From assembly GCA_963752285.1 (NCBI GenBank), contig CAVVXN010000005.1:96001-160000 (forward strand): DNA of 64,000 nt. The letters are read 5' to 3'. Within the stretch, counting starts at the first letter, position 1. Every line of letters starts with the position of its first letter. The notes below the pieces were generated by a model. That model did no database searches and was not told where the DNA came from. It saw only the letters and a list, made by a program, of their open reading frames with translations. Made by a program: the position numbers and the translations under genes. Below are positions 45,567 through 58,990 of this stretch, one piece after another. The stretch is from an uncultured Planctomycetota bacterium (lineage in GTDB: Bacteria; Planctomycetota; PLA2; JAEUHO01).

Positions 45567-46835
45567 GTGCGACCGCTCGCACTCCTCGGTCTCGCGGGGC
45601 GCCGGCTGCTCGGCCGGCCGGTCCGCTCGTTCCTGCTCCTCCAGGGCACGGTGTGGGGCGTGGCGGTCGCGATCTTCCCGAGCGCCGTGATCGAGGGCTC
45701 GCGCGTCGCGATGCGCGAGCACGCGGCGCGGTACGGCGCCGACCGCGTCTCGATCGCGCCCGACCCGACCGCGCCGGGCGGCGCGCGCTTCGACCGAAGC
45801 GACCTCCTCGCGGTCGGGCGCGCGCTCGACGACGCGGGGGACGCGCCCGAGGCGATCGCCGGCGCGAAGGTCCTCGCGGTCGTGGGCGATCCCTCGGGCG
45901 ACCCCGAGAAGGCTGCGGCGCTCGTCGCGGCGACGCCGGGCGCGACGCGCGCGCGCGACCTCGTCCTCGCGCTCGGCCGCGCGCTCGCCCCGGGTGACGG
46001 TCCCGACGACTGCGTCGTCGAGGCGGGTGTCGCCCGGTGGCTCGGGCACGACGCCCTCCGGCCCGGCGACGACGTCGTCTGGCCGGGCGACGGCCGGCGC
46101 CTCCACGTCGTCGGCGTGCTCGCGCCCCCGGACGAAGTCCTGGCCCACACGAACGACATCGGCTTCGACGTGGACCACCCGCTCTACGCGAGCGTCGGGC
46201 GCGGCCTGCTCTACGCGCTCGGCGTGCCGATCGTGGCCGACGGGTGGAAGCGCTCGTCGCGCACCGTGTGGACGCCGCTCCAGGGCGACGACCTCGACTG
46301 GATCTTCCTCTCGGAGCCCGCGACGCGCGTCCGCGACGCGGCGGCGACCGCCTCGCGGGCCCTCGTCGCGCGCGGCCGGGCCCCCGTGACGCTCCACGCC
46401 CTCGTGATGCCGTTCCTCCTGGGCGAGCAGGTGGACCGCTTCGGCGCCGTCCGCGTCGCGCTCTTCCTCGCGTGCCTCGCGATGGGCGCGGTCGTGATGA
46501 CGAACCTGGGCCTCCTGACCGTGCTGAGGCGACGGCGCGAGATCGCGATCCGCCGTGTCGAGGGGGCGACCCGCGGCGACATCGCGGCGCAGGTGTTGTG
46601 GGAGGGCTTGCTCCTCTCGATCGTGGGCGCGGTCGTCGGATCGGGCCTCGGGATGCTCCTCGCGCGCCTCCGCGTCGCCCTGGAGGCGGCGTCGGGCTTC
46701 ACGTGGACGTTTCCGTGGCGGGACGCGTCGATCGCGATGGGCGTCGCACTCGCGATCGGGGCCCTCGCGTCGGCGATCCCCGCGCTCGAGGCCGCGCGCG
46801 CCGATCCCGTCGAGGGGCTGATGGACGATGCGTAG
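45567..46835 (+). CDS. ABC transporter permease (MacB/FtsX-like)
   Basis: One TM, a large periplasmic domain, then three TM; TVLRRRREIAIRRVEGATRGDI...E, PALEAARADPVE. Confidence 0.88.
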   Translation: MRPLALLGLAGRRLLGRPVRSFLLLQGTVWGVAVAIFPSAVIEGSRVAMREHAARYGADRVSIAPDPTAPGGARFDRSDLLAVGRALDDAGDAPEAIAGAKVLAVVGDPSGDPEKAAALVAATPGATRARDLVLALGRALAPGDGPDDCVVEAGVARWLGHDALRPGDDVVWPGDGRRLHVVGVLAPPDEVLAHTNDIGFDVDHPLYASVGRGLLYALGVPIVADGWKRSSRTVWTPLQGDDLDWIFLSEPATRVRDAAATASRALVARGRAPVTLHALVMPFLLGEQVDRFGAVRVALFLACLAMGAVVMTNLGLLTVLRRRREIAIRRVEGATRGDIAAQVLWEGLLLSIVGAVVGSGLGMLLARLRVALEAASGFTWTFPWRDASIAMGVALAIGALASAIPALEAARADPVEGLMDDA

Positions 46836-48129
46836 CCCGCGCGTCCTCCTCCTCCACGCGCCGCGGCTCGTGCGCCTCCTCGGTGTCGCGGCCGAGGGCC
46901 GGCGTCAGATCTTCCGCCATCCGCTCCGGAGCGTCCTCACCGCCGCGACCAGCGCGGTCGCCATCGCGGTCACCGTGAACGTGATCTCGCTCGTGTACGG
47001 GCTCGACCAGGACCTGCGCCAGGACGTGGCGCGCTTCGGCCGGCGCACGGTGGACGTCGGACGGCTGCCCGTGATCGCGCCCGGTCTCGAGCGGATGCCG
47101 CTCGGGCCGGACCAGGTGAAGGAGGTCGAGGACGCACTCGGCGGGCTCGACGTGACGATCGCGACGCGCCGGCTCGTGCGCGGGCGCGCGCGAGGCGACG
47201 CGGAGGAAGACCACCTGTCGTTCGCCGCGGTGCCCCCGGCGTACCTCCGGACGTTCGACGTGTCCCTCGCCGCCGGCCGGTTCCTCGAGGACGCGGACGA
47301 CCCGGCGTCGGTCGCCGTCCTCGACGCGAGCGTGGCCCGCGCGCTCTTCCCCGGCGTGCCGCTCGACCGGGTGATCGGGCGGTCGATCGAGACCACGACC
47401 ACCGCCGGCGCGGGCACCCGTCGCGTCGTCGGCGTGCTCGAGGACCCGATCCGCTACCGCGGCATGTTCGAGTCGTTCGACGAGGCCCGCGGCGCGCGGA
47501 CGCTCACGAGCGGCCTCCTCTCGTTCCGGAACGTCTACCTGCCGCGCCACGCGCTCGGCGAGGGCGAGCTCGCGGGCGTGAGCGTCGTGGCGGCGCGCGA
47601 GGAGGACGTCGGCGAGATCGCGCGTCGCCTCCGTCGCCTCTGGCCGCCCCGCTCGTCGGACCCGCTCCTCTCGCTCCAGAGCGTCGGCGTGTTCGTGCGG
47701 CGCGAGTGGATGGACCTCTTCGGGCAGAACACCCAGACGGGCGCGTTCCTCGGGAACGTGGTGTGGATCATCGTCGTGGGCGTCGCCGTGATCATGCTGA
47801 CGACCCTCGCGCTCCTGACGATCCGCGAGCGCTACGACGAGCTCGCGATCCGCCGCGTGGAGGGGGCCACGCGGAGCGACGTAGCCTGGCAGGTCACGGT
47901 CGAGGGCACGATCCTCTCGCTCGTCGGGGGCCTGGCGGGGCTCCCGGTGGGCCTCGTGGGCGCCGAGCTCCTGAAGCGCATCGTGGATTTCCCGTTCCGC
48001 TTCGAGACCCGCTACGCCCTGATCGCCACGGGCGTCTCGGTGGCTCTGGGGCTCGCGGCCTCCGTGCTGCCCGCGCGGCGCGCGGCGTCGCTCGAGCCCG
48101 CGCGTGTGCTCTCGCGGAGGCTCACGTGA
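46828..48129 (+). CDS. ABC transporter permease (MacB/FtsX-like)
   Basis: HPLRSVLT, LAAGRFL, TIRERYDELAIRRVEGATRSDV, LPARRAASLEP. Confidence 0.88.
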   Translation: MRSPRVLLLHAPRLVRLLGVAAEGRRQIFRHPLRSVLTAATSAVAIAVTVNVISLVYGLDQDLRQDVARFGRRTVDVGRLPVIAPGLERMPLGPDQVKEVEDALGGLDVTIATRRLVRGRARGDAEEDHLSFAAVPPAYLRTFDVSLAAGRFLEDADDPASVAVLDASVARALFPGVPLDRVIGRSIETTTTAGAGTRRVVGVLEDPIRYRGMFESFDEARGARTLTSGLLSFRNVYLPRHALGEGELAGVSVVAAREEDVGEIARRLRRLWPPRSSDPLLSLQSVGVFVRREWMDLFGQNTQTGAFLGNVVWIIVVGVAVIMLTTLALLTIRERYDELAIRRVEGATRSDVAWQVTVEGTILSLVGGLAGLPVGLVGAELLKRIVDFPFRFETRYALIATGVSVALGLAASVLPARRAASLEPARVLSRRLT

Positions 48130-48797
48130 GCGAGGCCCTGATCCGCTTGGAGGCGGTGTCGCGCACGTACCTCGGCGCCGCGCAACCGGTACCGGCGCTC
48201 CGCCCGCTCTCGCTCGAGGTGGCGCGGGGCGAGATGCTCGCCGTGACCGGTCCCTCCGGCTCGGGGAAGTCCACGCTCCTCCATCTCCTCGGCTGCCTCG
48301 ACCGCCCGACGACCGGGCGCTACCTCCTCGACGGCCGCGACGTGTCGGCGCTCTCCGACCGGGTCCTCGCGCGGATCCGAAACGCCACGATCGGCTTCGT
48401 GTTCCAGCGCTTCCACCTCCTGCCCGACGAGTCGGCGCTCTCGAACGTGACGCTGCCGCTCCTCTACGCGGGGGTCGAGCGCGGCGAGCGGCGCCGTCGC
48501 GCGCTCGAGGCGCTGGAGCGCGTGGGGCTCGGGGCCCGCGCCGGGCACCGTCCGGGTCACCTCTCGGGCGGCGAGCAGCAGCGCGTGGCGATGGCCCGCG
48601 CGCTCGTGAAGCGGCCCACGCTCCTCCTCGCCGACGAGCCCACGGGGAACCTCGACAGCGCCGCCGGCGGTCGGGTGCTCGATCTCGTGGACGAGGCGAA
48701 CCGCGAGGGGACGACGGTCGTGCTCATCACGCACGAGCCCGCGGTCGCCGCCCGCGCGGGCCGGAGGATCCGCCTCGAGGACGGCGCCGTCGTCTGA
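48126..48797 (+). CDS. ABC transporter ATP-binding protein (LolD/MacB-like)
   Basis: GPSGSGKST, IGFVFQ, LSGGEQQRVA, LLADEPTGNLD, ITH. Confidence 0.95.
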   Translation: MSEALIRLEAVSRTYLGAAQPVPALRPLSLEVARGEMLAVTGPSGSGKSTLLHLLGCLDRPTTGRYLLDGRDVSALSDRVLARIRNATIGFVFQRFHLLPDESALSNVTLPLLYAGVERGERRRRALEALERVGLGARAGHRPGHLSGGEQQRVAMARALVKRPTLLLADEPTGNLDSAAGGRVLDLVDEANREGTTVVLITHEPAVAARAGRRIRLEDGAVV

Positions 48798-48836
48798 CGC
48801 CCGCCTGCCGGGGGGGCTGAGCGGTGCGGCGGGCCC

Positions 48837-48875
48837 TTGACAGGAGCCGGTCGAAGTATAAGTAGGTGCTTATGC
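48837..48875 (+). promoter_or_regulatory. Sigma-70-type promoter with overlapping ArsR/SmtB-type operator
   Basis: TTGACA at 48837; imperfect inverted repeat GTATAAGTA-GG-TGCTTATGC (48856..48875) covers the AT-rich -10 region and the start codon. Confidence 0.7.
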
Positions 48876-49378
48876 GTTCAGGCGGGTGCTGTTCGGGGGG
48901 GGCCGGGCTCGAGGTCGCGGCGACGGCGAAGTTCTTCCGCGGGCTGGGCGACGCGTCGCGGCTCCGGATCGCGGTCGCTCTCCTCGAGGGGCCGTGCTCC
49001 GTCGGCGAGCTCGTGCGGGCGACGGGGCTGTCGCAGCCCAACGCCTCGACGCATCTGGCGTGCATGCGGTGCTGCGGGCTCGTCGAGTTCGAGCAGCGGG
49101 GGCGCCGCCGCTACTACAGGCTCGCGGACGCCGAGCTCGTGAAGATGCTCGGGATGGCCGGCGCCATCGTGCAGCGGGCCCGCGAGTCGATCCTCGCCTG
49201 CAGCCGCTACGAGTCGGAGTCGCGCGCCGACGGGAGGACCTCGAATGCGGACGGTCGTGCTCCTCGGGCTCGCGAGCGCGCTCGGCGGCTGCGCCGTGCC
49301 GCCGCCTCCGGCGCCGAGCCTGGCGACGTCGCCCGCGGTCGCCCCCGTCGTCCTGTCCGCGTCCGGCCCGGCGGCTAG
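48872..49378 (+). CDS. ArsR/SmtB-family metal-responsive repressor (CmtR-like Cys pattern)
   Basis: FFRGLGDASRLRI, SQPNASTHLACMRCCGLV, GRRRYYRL, ILACSRY. The last 134 nt overlap the next gene, so the true stop may be lost. Confidence 0.88.
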   Translation: MRSGGCCSGGAGLEVAATAKFFRGLGDASRLRIAVALLEGPCSVGELVRATGLSQPNASTHLACMRCCGLVEFEQRGRRRYYRLADAELVKMLGMAGAIVQRARESILACSRYESESRADGRTSNADGRAPRARERARRLRRAAASGAEPGDVARGRPRRPVRVRPGG

Positions 49379-50582
49379 GTCGGGGGCTCCCGAGGGCGAT
49401 CCGGCGGTCGCGAGGCTCTTGGCGCTGACGGATCGGGCGAATCCCGTCCTGGCCGCGGAGCGAAAGGGGATCGACGTGGCCACCGCCGCGGTCTGGCAGG
49501 CCGAGCTCGCCCCGAACCCCACGCTGGAGGCGGAGGTCGAGGACTACCGTCTCGGCGTCGGCTCGTGGCACGGGTCCACGCGGCGCGTCGGCGTGAGCGT
49601 TCCGCTCGTCGTGAGCGGAAGGCTTCGGGCGGCCCGCACCGCCGCGGAGGCGGAGCGGGACGTGAAGCGGCTCCAGTACGTCTCGAAGCGCGAGGAGGTG
49701 TTCCTCGAGGTCCGCCGGGCGTACGTGGACCTCGCGGCGGCGCGCCGGCTCCACGAGGTGGCGGTCGCGGCGCGAGACCTCGCCGCGGGGCTGGTCGAGA
49801 CGGTGCGGGCCCGCCACCAGGCGGGGGTGGCGCCCGAGTCCGAGGTGTGGCGCACCGAGATCGAGCGATCGAGGGCCGAGAGCGACGTCGAAACCACGGC
49901 CCGCGACGTCGAGGCCGCCCGGCGCGTGCTCGACGCGGCCGTGGGGGCGCCCGTTCCCGGCGCCGTCGCCGACGCCTCCGTGCTCGCGGCGGGCTACGAG
50001 GTCCCCTCGTGGGAGGCCCTCCGGGCCTTGACGGCCAAGCACCGCGAGGTCGGCGTGGCGAGGTCCGAGGCGGTCGCCGCGCGCACGCGGATCGAGCTCG
50101 CCCAAGCGGAGACGTTTCGCGATCCCGACCTGCACGTGAGCGCCGGCGAGAACGAGGCCGGCGACTCCGTCGTCGGCCTCGGCGTGGGCGTGCCTCTGCC
50201 CTTGAACGACCGGGGGCAAGCCCGCCTCGCCTCGGCGCGGGCCGCCTACGAGGCCGCGGTCCTCCGCGTGGAGGGCGTCCGACGGGACGTAGAGCGTAGA
50301 GGCGCGGGTCTCTACCGCGACTTCGTCACGGCGGAGGAGCGCGCGCGCCGGTACGAGAACGAGATCCTGCCCGCCGCCGAGAAGGCGCTCGAGCAGACAC
50401 GCGCGGGGTACGAGGTGGGCAAGCTCCCGTATCTCGAGGTGCTCGACGCGCGCCGGACCCTCGCCGAAGCCCGCGTGGCGCACGTCCAGGCCCTGGCTGA
50501 CATGAATCGAGCCGCACAGGAGATCGAGTCGTTCCTCTGCGTGTATCTGGTCCCCACGACTCGGGAGGAGATGAGCTCGTGA
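49245..50582 (+). CDS. TolC-family outer membrane efflux lipoprotein (CzcC-like)
   Basis: GGAGG RBS; lipobox LGGC; PNPTL, VPLPLNDRGQ, YEVGKLPYLEVLDARRTL. Confidence 0.9.
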   Translation: MRTVVLLGLASALGGCAVPPPPAPSLATSPAVAPVVLSASGPAARSGAPEGDPAVARLLALTDRANPVLAAERKGIDVATAAVWQAELAPNPTLEAEVEDYRLGVGSWHGSTRRVGVSVPLVVSGRLRAARTAAEAERDVKRLQYVSKREEVFLEVRRAYVDLAAARRLHEVAVAARDLAAGLVETVRARHQAGVAPESEVWRTEIERSRAESDVETTARDVEAARRVLDAAVGAPVPGAVADASVLAAGYEVPSWEALRALTAKHREVGVARSEAVAARTRIELAQAETFRDPDLHVSAGENEAGDSVVGLGVGVPLPLNDRGQARLASARAAYEAAVLRVEGVRRDVERRGAGLYRDFVTAEERARRYENEILPAAEKALEQTRAGYEVGKLPYLEVLDARRTLAEARVAHVQALADMNRAAQEIESFLCVYLVPTTREEMSS

Positions 50583-51040
50583 AGCGCACGTTCGTGATCC
50601 TGACGACGCTGGCCTGTCTCGCGGGGGGTCTCGCGCGGGCCGGGGACCCGCCCGCGGAGCTCCGCAAGAACGACCAGCGCATCCAGATCCCCGGCAAGCT
50701 CGTGAGCATCGGAGAGACCCTCGGGTCCCTCGGCGCGAACGCCCAAGACTCCCTCTACACGCGCGGCGCCCTCGGCCTGCTCGCCCCGGACGGGGAGCTC
50801 TGGTCGTTCGTGGACAACCAGAAGGGGCACGGCGTCCTGACGAACGAGCGGTGGAAGGGGAAGGAGACCCGCATCCTCGGCTGGAAGTACCCGAAGACGC
50901 GGTACATCGAGATCTCGAAGCTCGAGCTCCGGGACGGCGACGCCTGGGTGGCGTACGACTACTGCAAGTCCTGCGGGTGGGAGCCCGGAGACAACCACGA
51001 CCGCGACCTCTGCGAGGACTGCGCCGAGGAGGAGAAGTAG
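50579..51040 (+). CDS. Hypothetical exported protein with C-terminal CxxC...CxxC
   Basis: Signal peptide ending ARA; YDYCKSCGWEPGDNHDRDLCEDCAEEEK; GTGA overlap with the upstream gene. Confidence 0.75.
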   Translation: MKRTFVILTTLACLAGGLARAGDPPAELRKNDQRIQIPGKLVSIGETLGSLGANAQDSLYTRGALGLLAPDGELWSFVDNQKGHGVLTNERWKGKETRILGWKYPKTRYIEISKLELRDGDAWVAYDYCKSCGWEPGDNHDRDLCEDCAEEEK

Positions 51041-51043
51041 GCC

Positions 51044-52345
51044 GTGCTGGCGCGACTCCTCCACGGCCTGATGACGCTCGCGGTCTTCGCCGGGCTCGGC
51101 AACGCGTTCTACGCCGTGGGGCACGAGGGGCGGTGGCCCTGGCAGGAGCCGCCCGGCCACGGCACCGACTGGTGCGAGGCGCACGGGGTGCCGCTCTCCC
51201 AGGACGAGCAGTGCAACCGGGAGCTCGCCCGCGGGGGTCTTCTTCTCGTCCGCGACGGCGAGCCGCGCGAAGGGGAGTGTCCGAACACGTACGTGCGCAT
51301 CACGATGCCTCCGGAGGTGGTGGAGAACGCCGGCATCGAGACCCGCGAGGTCGAACCCGTCCTCGTGACGGAGTCGATCCGCGCCACCGCCGAGACCGAC
51401 TATCTGCCCGGCGCGTACGCGCGCGTCGCGCCGCGCGTCGTCGGCGCGGTGACCGAGGTGCGCGCGAGCGTGGGGATGTCCGTCGCCGCGGGCGAGGTGG
51501 TCGCCGTGATCGACTCGCAGGCGGTCGGGGAGTCGGTCGCGGAGCTCCGCCGGGCGCAGGCGATCTTCCGCCTCCGCGAGCGGACGTACGCCCAGGAGGA
51601 GGAGCTCAGCCGGAAGGACATCGGCACGAGGCGCGACCTCCTGGAGGCGGAAGCCGGCCTCGACGAGGCCCGCGTCGAGCTCGGGGCGGCCCGGCAACGC
51701 CTGCGCGTCCAGGGCCTGGGCTCGGCGGAGATCGAACGGCTGGCGACCTCCGACGAGGTGGCGACCAGCGTGGAGGTCCGGGCGCCGATCGCCGGCACCG
51801 TGCTCGACGTTGGCGCGGTCGTCGGGGACACGGTCGGTCCGGAGCGCGCGCTCTGCGCGATCGCCGACGTCTCCCGCCTGCGCCTCGACATCGACGTCTA
51901 CGAGCAGGACCTGCCGAAGATCGAGAGCGGGCAGCGGGTGGTGTTCCGACTGGACGGCCTGCCCGGGCAGCACTTCGTGGGCCACGTCCAGTCGGTCGGG
52001 GGGGCCGTGGACGAGGCGACGAGGACGATCCCCGTGGTCGCCGACGTGAAGAACAAGGAGGGCCTCCTGCACGCGAGGATGTTCGGGCACGCCGAGATCC
52101 GCGTACGACCCGCGGAGCCGAAGATCGTCGTGCCGGAGTCGGCGGTCCAGACCGACGGGGACTGCTGGTTCGTCTTCACGAACCCCGTGCCGAACGTCTT
52201 CAAGACCCGGGCCGTGGAGCTCGGCGCCGCCTACAGCGGTGGCTTCGAGATCCGGGGCGGCCTCGCGAAGGGCGACCGCATCGTCACGACCGGGAGCTTC
52301 CAGCTCAAGACGGAGGTGCTCCGGGGCGAGATGGGCGCGGGGTGA
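51044..52345 (+). CDS. Efflux RND periplasmic adaptor (CzcB/CusB-like)
   Basis: VRAPIAGTV, DVYEQDL, VDEATRT, VPESAVQ, GGLAKGDRIVTTGSFQLK; N-terminal DWCEAHGVP...C motif. Confidence 0.92.
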   Translation: MLARLLHGLMTLAVFAGLGNAFYAVGHEGRWPWQEPPGHGTDWCEAHGVPLSQDEQCNRELARGGLLLVRDGEPREGECPNTYVRITMPPEVVENAGIETREVEPVLVTESIRATAETDYLPGAYARVAPRVVGAVTEVRASVGMSVAAGEVVAVIDSQAVGESVAELRRAQAIFRLRERTYAQEEELSRKDIGTRRDLLEAEAGLDEARVELGAARQRLRVQGLGSAEIERLATSDEVATSVEVRAPIAGTVLDVGAVVGDTVGPERALCAIADVSRLRLDIDVYEQDLPKIESGQRVVFRLDGLPGQHFVGHVQSVGGAVDEATRTIPVVADVKNKEGLLHARMFGHAEIRVRPAEPKIVVPESAVQTDGDCWFVFTNPVPNVFKTRAVELGAAYSGGFEIRGGLAKGDRIVTTGSFQLKTEVLRGEMGAG

Positions 52346-52411
52346 TGCGTCGAGAAGTGAGCCGCGGTCGCGGCTGAGGACGCGTTCCCGGGAAGCACGA
52401 GACGAGAGCCC

Positions 52412-55573
<3,162 letters not shown>

Positions 55574-57006
55574 GCGTGACCGGGACGGTCTCGTCGCCGC
55601 GCCGGACGTCGAGGGGGACCGTGCCCTTCGCCGCGGCGAGGACCGCGCGGAGCTCGTCCGCGTCGCGGACCGGCGTGCCCGCGCTCGCGACGATCACGTC
55701 GCCGCGACGAAGGCCCGCGATCGCGGCCGCTTTCCCGGCGTCGACGGAGCGGACGACGACGCCCGAGGCCGAGGCGTCCATCCCGAGGAACGCCGCGAGC
55801 TCCGGTCCGAGCGTCACGATCTCGAGGCCCAGCGCGTCGGGGCTCACGAGGCGCGCGCGCGCCTCGCTCCGGTCTCCGAGGGTCACCTTCACCTCCCGGC
55901 GCCCGTCGTCGCCCTCCACGCGGAGCACGACGTCGTCCCCCGGACGGCGGAGCGCGAGCGCCCGCGTGAGCCCCGCGGAGTCGGGGACGGCCACGCCGTC
56001 GAGCGCGAGGACCGAGTCGCCCTCGCGAAGGCCCGCTCTCGCGGCCGGCGAGTCCGGCAGGACCGACATCAGGCGCGCGCGCGGCTCGCCTTCCTCCGCC
56101 GACACGTCGCCGAGCACGACGCCCACGTACGCGGAGCGGATCCGGCCGCTCGCGTCGAGATCCTCGATCGCCCGCCGGATCGCCGCGGCGGGGACGGTCC
56201 CGCCCCGTCCCCGTTCGGGATCGGACCCGCGCCGCGAACACGGCGCCGTAGACCCAATCCTGCTCTCGTGTTCGTGTGGAGGCGAGGCAGCGTCACCCGG
56301 ACGGGCTCCACGGGGACGACCGCGCCCGAGATCTCCGCGCCCGAGATCTCCCTTCCGTTCCCGTCCAGCACGTATGCCGCGTCGAGCCGTGGGACGACGC
56401 GGAGAAGCGACCCCGCCGAGAGGAAGCGGGCCCTCGTGGCACCCGGCGCGCGTTCCACGGCGATTCCCGCGAGCTCGCCCCTCGTCGTGACGAGCGCTCC
56501 GCCCGCGTCGCTCGCCTCGACCTTCGGCGCACGCGTCAGCGGGTCCACGCCGCCCACGACGAGGAGCCGCGGGCGTTCGCCGGCCGAGAGGACGAGCGTG
56601 CCCCGGCGGACGGCGTCGTCGGGCGCGAGCGCGAGGCCGTGGACCTCGCGCGCGGCCGTCTCGGGGAGCGCGTACACGGCGACCCCCAGCTCGTCGTCGG
56701 CGGCGACGAGCGTCGCCTCGACCTCGAGCGCGTTCTCGAGGACCGCGTGGAGCGTCCTCTCGCCGCGCGAGACGAGCCAGGCCACGACGAGTCGCGGCGG
56801 CGAGCCGACGAGGACGCCCTGCGCCTCGCCCTCGTCGGTCCGGACGCGGGCCGTGGCACCGTCCGCCCGGTCGGCGAGCGCGACCGTCTCGGCGTTCAGC
56901 CGCTCGAGGAGGGAGTCGGGCTCGTCGGCGCGGGCGCCCGGGGGCGGGAGGAGGAGCGCGAGCAGGAGGGCGGCGAAGGGGAGCAGGTGCTTCGGCATGT
57001 CGGGCC

Positions 57007-57429
57007 TCAACGGATGCGCCGCGGCGTGAGCGGCAGGAGCACGGGTTCGACGGGGACGGTGGGACGGGCGAACGACTCGCGCGCGTCCGCGCTCGAGGCT
57101 CTGGGCCCCGGCGCGCGACTCGTCACGACGAGCGTCACGACGACGCCGGCGGCGAACGCCGCGACGTGGCCGAGCGCGAGGCGCACCGCGCGTCGTGGCG
57201 CGCGGGGGGCCGGCGCGCGCGCCCGGATCCGCGACGCGAGGTCCATCGGCGGCCCGGGCACCTCGTACGGTCGGTAGAGCCGCGCCCGGTCCGCGGCGTG
57301 CCGTCGCGCCTCCTCGGCGCAGGACGTGCAGCCTTCGAGGTGCGCGCGCACGCGTCGTGCGCGCTCGGGCGCGAGAAGGTCGTCGAGGTGGTCCGGGAGG
57401 AGGGCGCGGACTTCCGAGCAGTCGTTCAT
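57007..57429 (-). CDS. Zinc-binding (zf-HC2) anti-sigma factor
   Basis: CSEVRALLPDHLDDLL...HLEGCTSC (HxxxCxxC) and one TM; ATGA overlap with the sigma gene. Confidence 0.9.
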   Translation of the reverse strand: MNDCSEVRALLPDHLDDLLAPERARRVRAHLEGCTSCAEEARRHAADRARLYRPYEVPGPPMDLASRIRARAPAPRAPRRAVRLALGHVAAFAAGVVVTLVVTSRAPGPRASSADARESFARPTVPVEPVLLPLTPRRIR

Positions 57430-57917
57430 CGTTCGTCCTCGAGGAGGGAGCCGAGTCGGCGGGCGAGGGTCTCGCGAGCGCGGCGGAAGCGGTCCTTCGC
57501 CGCGCGCTCGCTGACGCCGAGCGCGGCGGCGACCTCGCGGTAGGGGAGCTCGTGGTGCGCGCGGAGCAGGAACGCGCTCCGAAGCTCCGGATCGAGCCGG
57601 AGCACCTCGTCCCGCACGCGGCGGTCGAGGTCGCGCAGGTCGGACGAGGGCGCCGTGGGATGGGCCGGCGGCTCGCCGACGAGCGCGCCGCCGCGTCGCC
57701 GTCGGAGCGCGTCGATCCCCAGGTTCGTCGCCACCTTGAAGAGCCACGGGCCGAGCGAGCCGTTCGCGCCGGCGAGGCGGCGCTCGTGCGCGAGGTAGCG
57801 GAGGAAGGCCTCCTGTGCGAGCTCTTCCGCGAGGGCGCGGTCGCCGGTCAGGCGCGCGAGGTACGCGTAAATCGGGCCGCCGTAGCGGCCGTAGACCTCG
57901 TCGAAGGATCGGCCCAT
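57426..57917 (-). CDS. ECF RNA polymerase sigma factor
   Basis: AEELAQEAFL, WLFKVATNLGIDALRRR, LPYREVAAALGVSERAAKDRFRRARETL. The start is 57917 or 57926. Confidence 0.92.
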   Translation of the reverse strand: MGRSFDEVYGRYGGPIYAYLARLTGDRALAEELAQEAFLRYLAHERRLAGANGSLGPWLFKVATNLGIDALRRRRGGALVGEPPAHPTAPSSDLRDLDRRVRDEVLRLDPELRSAFLLRAHHELPYREVAAALGVSERAAKDRFRRARETLARRLGSLLEDER

Positions 57918-57996
57918 GCACCCCATCCCACGGACGGCGGGGGGGCCGGGGGAAGCGAAATCCCCCGCGGCGGGGTCCGACGCGCTCGCGCGGGGG

Positions 57997-58761
57997 TCAG
58001 AAGGCCATGACGATGGCGCCCGCGGCGAACGCCATCACCGCGAGGCTGAACAGCACGAACGCGAACAGGAGGATCACGCGCGCGGCCCCGCAGCGGAGCG
58101 CCGCGCTCGCGCAGCTGATCCACACGACGCTCTCGACGGGCAGCACCCAGATGGCGCGGTCCGCGCGGAGCATGGTGTCGTAGAAGAGCATGTCCGCGCC
58201 GAGCATGCCGCCGAGGACGATCGCGAGGAACGACGCGCGGAAGAAGCCGAGCAGCTCGATCTCCGCGAGACGTCCGCCCAGCGCCACCAGCGCGTAGAGC
58301 GCGGCGAAGAGCAGGAGTCCGAGCGAGGTCCGCCCGCCGAGCGACGTCGGGATCGACATCTTGGCCACGCGGGCCAGCCGCCGGAAGAACCCCTCCTCGC
58401 GGACGTCGGGCTCCTCCGCGGGGAGCCGCTCCGCCGGCGCCTCCGTCGGCGTCGCGCTGGGGTCGATGGACTGCGCCGCCGCGGACCAGTCCGAGAACGC
58501 GCTGTCCTGGTGGTCCTTGTGGCTCTCGGCCCGGACGGGGACGAAGCGGCTCACGATCCGCGCCTTCTGGACCGTGACCGTGGCGTCTCGGCCGAAACCG
58601 GAGAGGCGGAGCTCGACCTCCCCGTCCCGCTCCTGCACGACGTGTCCGCGGAAGACCGCGCCATTGTCGAGGACGATGATCTCCTCGGACGCGTGGGCCG
58701 CGGTCGCAAAGGCGCCGAGCGCGAGGAGGAGGAGGACGGCGGTCAGCAGGCGGCTGGGCAT
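57997..58761 (-). CDS. Hypothetical membrane protein
   Basis: Signal peptide, small beta domain (IIVLDNGAVFRGHVV) and about four C-terminal TM segments. Confidence 0.7.
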   Translation of the reverse strand: MPSRLLTAVLLLLALGAFATAAHASEEIIVLDNGAVFRGHVVQERDGEVELRLSGFGRDATVTVQKARIVSRFVPVRAESHKDHQDSAFSDWSAAAQSIDPSATPTEAPAERLPAEEPDVREEGFFRRLARVAKMSIPTSLGGRTSLGLLLFAALYALVALGGRLAEIELLGFFRASFLAIVLGGMLGADMLFYDTMLRADRAIWVLPVESVVWISCASAALRCGAARVILLFAFVLFSLAVMAFAAGAIVMAF

Positions 58762-58990
58762 CGGTTCGTGTCCCTATCGGCAGGGAGCCCGCCCGGCGTA
58801 GAGCCTCTTCGTTCGGTCCCGACGAGGGGCCACGCGTGCGGGCTTCGCGGGGGGGGGCGGCCCCGGGACGCCTACAATCCGGGCCCGCCCGTCCGTGAGC
58901 TCCCGTGACCCCGTTCGACCCCGCGTCCCTCGACCCCGTCCCCCCCGAGCCCGGGCCGAAGGCCCCCGCCCCGGCGCGCTGAGGTCCCGG

